Assembly: GCF_964204645.1 (NCBI RefSeq)
Contig: NC_134032.1
Coordinates: 4,178,175-4,242,174 of the forward strand
Source: Tubulanus polymorphus
Taxonomy: Eukaryota; Animalia; Nemertea
Direction: 5' to 3'
Length of the DNA stretch: 64,000 bases
Positions 61,301 through 64,000 of this stretch are shown piece by piece (position 1 is the stretch's first letter; the number at the start of each line of letters is the position of its first letter). Both the position numbers and the translations under genes were made by a program. A model generated the notes under the pieces. That model was not told where the DNA came from. It did not search any database and was given only the letters and a program-made list of their open reading frames with translations.

Positions 61301-64000
61301 CTCATTCAGATACGCACCAAAACTTTATTGAATTTAACGGAAGAGGCTGATGCACTTCAAACCCAATTAGATAATCTGTATGCTGAAAAAAAGGGCTCAA
61401 AATTGAAAAAGAAGATTTAAATCGAAAGGAAAATAAATCTGGAAGGGACTCTCGTTATCATGCATCACAAAGTATAAAGACTTCTCCATCAGCTACTGTT
61501 ACTTACTCAACCGATACATTTAGTAGTGCTACAGAAGAAGTGATTTCCGATGCAGACACTGTCATCCTTTCTGATGATGAACAAGTTAATGCCACAATTA
61601 GTTCATATAAGACTGTTCCATCAACTAATGTTGTTACTAAGCCCACCGATGAAGATAAGAGTATTAATACTGAAGAAGTGAATGAATCTGTATCTCACAA
61701 TTCAGACACTGTCATCCCCTCTAATGATGAACAAGATAATACTGAAATGAGTTCAGATGTTGGTAATGAGATCAGTGATGTTACGAGTAGTATTAAAGAT
61801 AGTATTCAATCAGTACCAGATAATAACAGGTATTTTTCAGATACTTATAGGTTGTTTATTTCCGAGAAAATGGTAGTTGATAGTAAAAAGGTTTTCTTCT
61901 TGAAAGTGAATGACCATGTAAAAGTGTCTCATTATTCAAACCTCACTCTTGCCGATTTTAAAATCATTCAAGAGAACTGCCGTCATACTGATACAGATAA
62001 CTGTTCATGTCAGCTTGATGCTTCGATAGCCAGATATGTCTTGGAGAATGAACCAGTCTCTCTTCGACAGATACATGATTCTTGTTTCCCTGCATCACAC
62101 AAGTATTGTAAGCCCAATGTCTTAAGAAAAGTTTTCCAAATGCCTGTTGTTGCCGTGTTAATGGGTAGAAACCTGAAAGGAACACTACGGTGTGGTGGAA
62201 CTCAGCTGTATATTTCACAGAAATTGAGTGGTGTCGATTATGGTTCAGCTTTTAATATAGGTGTCAAGTTTGGACTTTTCTCTGAATCAGAGTTTGGTTA
62301 CAATTATATTAGCAAAGATCGTCTAAAGTTGCTGAAATCGTTGTGTTCTACTGAGAAGGACAAACGACTGGTCACATTTGCTGCAACAGATTGTCTATCT
62401 GGTAAAAAGTGTAAGGCAGCTTATGGATCTAACTATAGGAAATTACGTGATGATGTAGAGGAAGCTCTATCACGGATACAAGTAATTCATAGTGTATATA
62501 CAGATCTGGTGCAATCGAAGGATAAAGCTATGCTAGAAGAGCTGGGGTTGTATGATCATTATGTTGACAATGAAGCAGATGATTTAGATGAGGAAGAGAT
62601 TGATGAAGACGAATTGAGTAATCTTCTGCCATGTGAAAATACTCCTGATGACACTGAACCATTGGAGATTGATAGTGATGACGATGATGATTGTGATACT
62701 GCTGAGAGACTAGTGAATGTAAAATCTGTTACAGATCCTAAGTTTATTCAGTTAATTAAAGAAAAGAGACAGCATTTACAACGACAAAAGAAGGTATTAA
62801 TTGCTAAGCAAATGGCAGAGGAACGATTATTACAACGAAAAGTCACTAAATCTACTAAAACTTTACTACAGAGCCATCCAGACATTGGGAAAGTCATGGA
62901 GGACATTGTGAGAAATGCGGGTGTGGGGGCCGATAAGTGGCGGTCCTCGTCTAGTTTGACATGGGAGCGCAAAAAGGTCGGCCAAAAAATGACTATGGAA
63001 AGGTTGCGAGATGAACTGTCAAAAAGAATTGGAAAAAAAATCAGTTATGGCACAGTATTTGAATTATGTGTTCCACCTAACAAACGGAGAAAATCAAGTT
63101 CAAGGTACCGTGGTGTTGCAAACATTGTGTCTAAACGTGCGAGGAAGGGCTTTGACATCAAAATTAATGTAGATGACCATTGGTCGTCGGCCTTGTATAA
63201 AGGTCTTGATAAATTACACTCAACTGACAACAAGAACATTCTTCTAATTAACAGAGATGATGCTGCTGGCTTCCGATTAAATACGCTAGCAACATCAAAT
63301 CATTTTAAATCGCTTATGGTGCGAGGTGAAGAGGACCTGGCCACGCGTACCGACTTCACAAATTCTGAACAGTCAATACTACAGGTCACTTCGTATCATT
63401 TCACCGGTAGTCCAACTACTATAGAGGACTATGCTGGGATAGTGAAACCAACCAAATTAGTTCCTAAGACACCTAGTCAACATGCAGCGGATCTACGTAT
63501 GTTGTCAAATGTTCCACAACTGAAACATGTTTTCTATCGAGAAGATGGTCATGTGAAAGAAATTGATGCCATCAGAGTAGATGGGGCGGGGGATGAAAAT
63601 CCCGACCATGTAGAACAGAAATTCATGTGGGGAGAATGGCACTATGAGCAAAGGAAACTAGCCACCTTCGTAACGACACGGTTTGCTGGCGGGAGCTTCT
63701 TAAATATTGTCGAACATTTAAATGGGCAGCTCAAGCGAGCTCACGCAAACTTGTTTATCCCATCGACCCTATTGGGTCCTAATAAAAATGCTGGTGTTAT
63801 AGATGAAACATTGGTTGCAAATAATCTAAATGCTGCTGTGGATGTTTACCTATCCAGAGTAAATGGAACAAAGTTTAACAATAACACAATTAAACTATTC
63901 AAACATGGTGAAAGACCAGATTATGTAGATAGGAGAGAATTGTTGCTGTCTTATCTGAAAGCCAATGAGAAGAAACGAAGTGATATAAAGTACCAATATT
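58386..64000 (+). CDS. Spliced CIDE-N-like + coiled-coil + Zator-like DDE transposase gene, one frameshift, runs off the window
   Basis: Phase-compatible exons 58386-58402, 59122-59207, 59907-60077, 60421-60638 and 61151 onward. The frame shifts at about 61386, then about 870 open codons run to the edge (absent from the ORF track because no stop is reached). Candidate triad: NRDDAAG, RVDGAGDENP, GGSFLNIVE. Confidence 0.78.
59700..59787 (-). mobile_element. 5'-truncated Penelope-like insertion with a hammerhead-like motif
   Basis: The minus strand reads CTGAT-GACACAC AGTG GTGTGTC-GAAACGTC-GG-AAATAAA. It is flanked by a 15-bp direct repeat, CCTAGTAGGCCTATC (59685-59699 and 59788-59802). Confidence 0.7.

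Noticed and set aside
1-64000. Uni-strand piRNA cluster
   Set aside because: The elements lie on both strands and host genes are interspersed. This cannot be supported without small-RNA data.

Overview
This is AT-rich eukaryotic DNA with spliceosomal introns, probably from a marine invertebrate (inferred from gene and TE content), and it is dominated by nested mobile elements. Left to right it contains: (1) a decayed Polinton/Maverick (protein-primed PolB, penton-like and small genes) ending in a fold-back terminus and a (TTTCA)n tract; (2) a multi-exon secreted TSP1/EGF/C-type-lectin gene; (3) a BEL/Pao relic; (4) an intronless class A GPCR; (5) a second Polinton relic and a non-autonomous Helentron; (6) a Kolobok DNA transposon with both ends (TTAA TSD, 19-bp TIRs, THAP transposase lacking its catalytic exons, KolX/P2X7-ballast-like gene); (7) a degenerate CAP/SCP gene; (8) LINE fragments; (9) a mutated Helentron with two DUB-like domains, Rep, PIF1 helicase and AP endonuclease; (10) a large spliced gene joining a CIDE-N-like domain to a Zator-like DDE transposase that runs off the window. 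The top candidate for a novel system is a 2.5-kb insertion (30126-32669) in the last codons of the Kolobok KolX gene. It is bounded by a perfect 61-bp inverted repeat and a 4-bp CATC target duplication. It carries an LTR, a PBS, an intact Ty3/gypsy gag with its -1 frameshift signal and, where pol should be, an ORF resembling a qinvirus-like (negative-strand RNA virus) nucleoprotein. All family assignments come from motif recognition; no database search was run.
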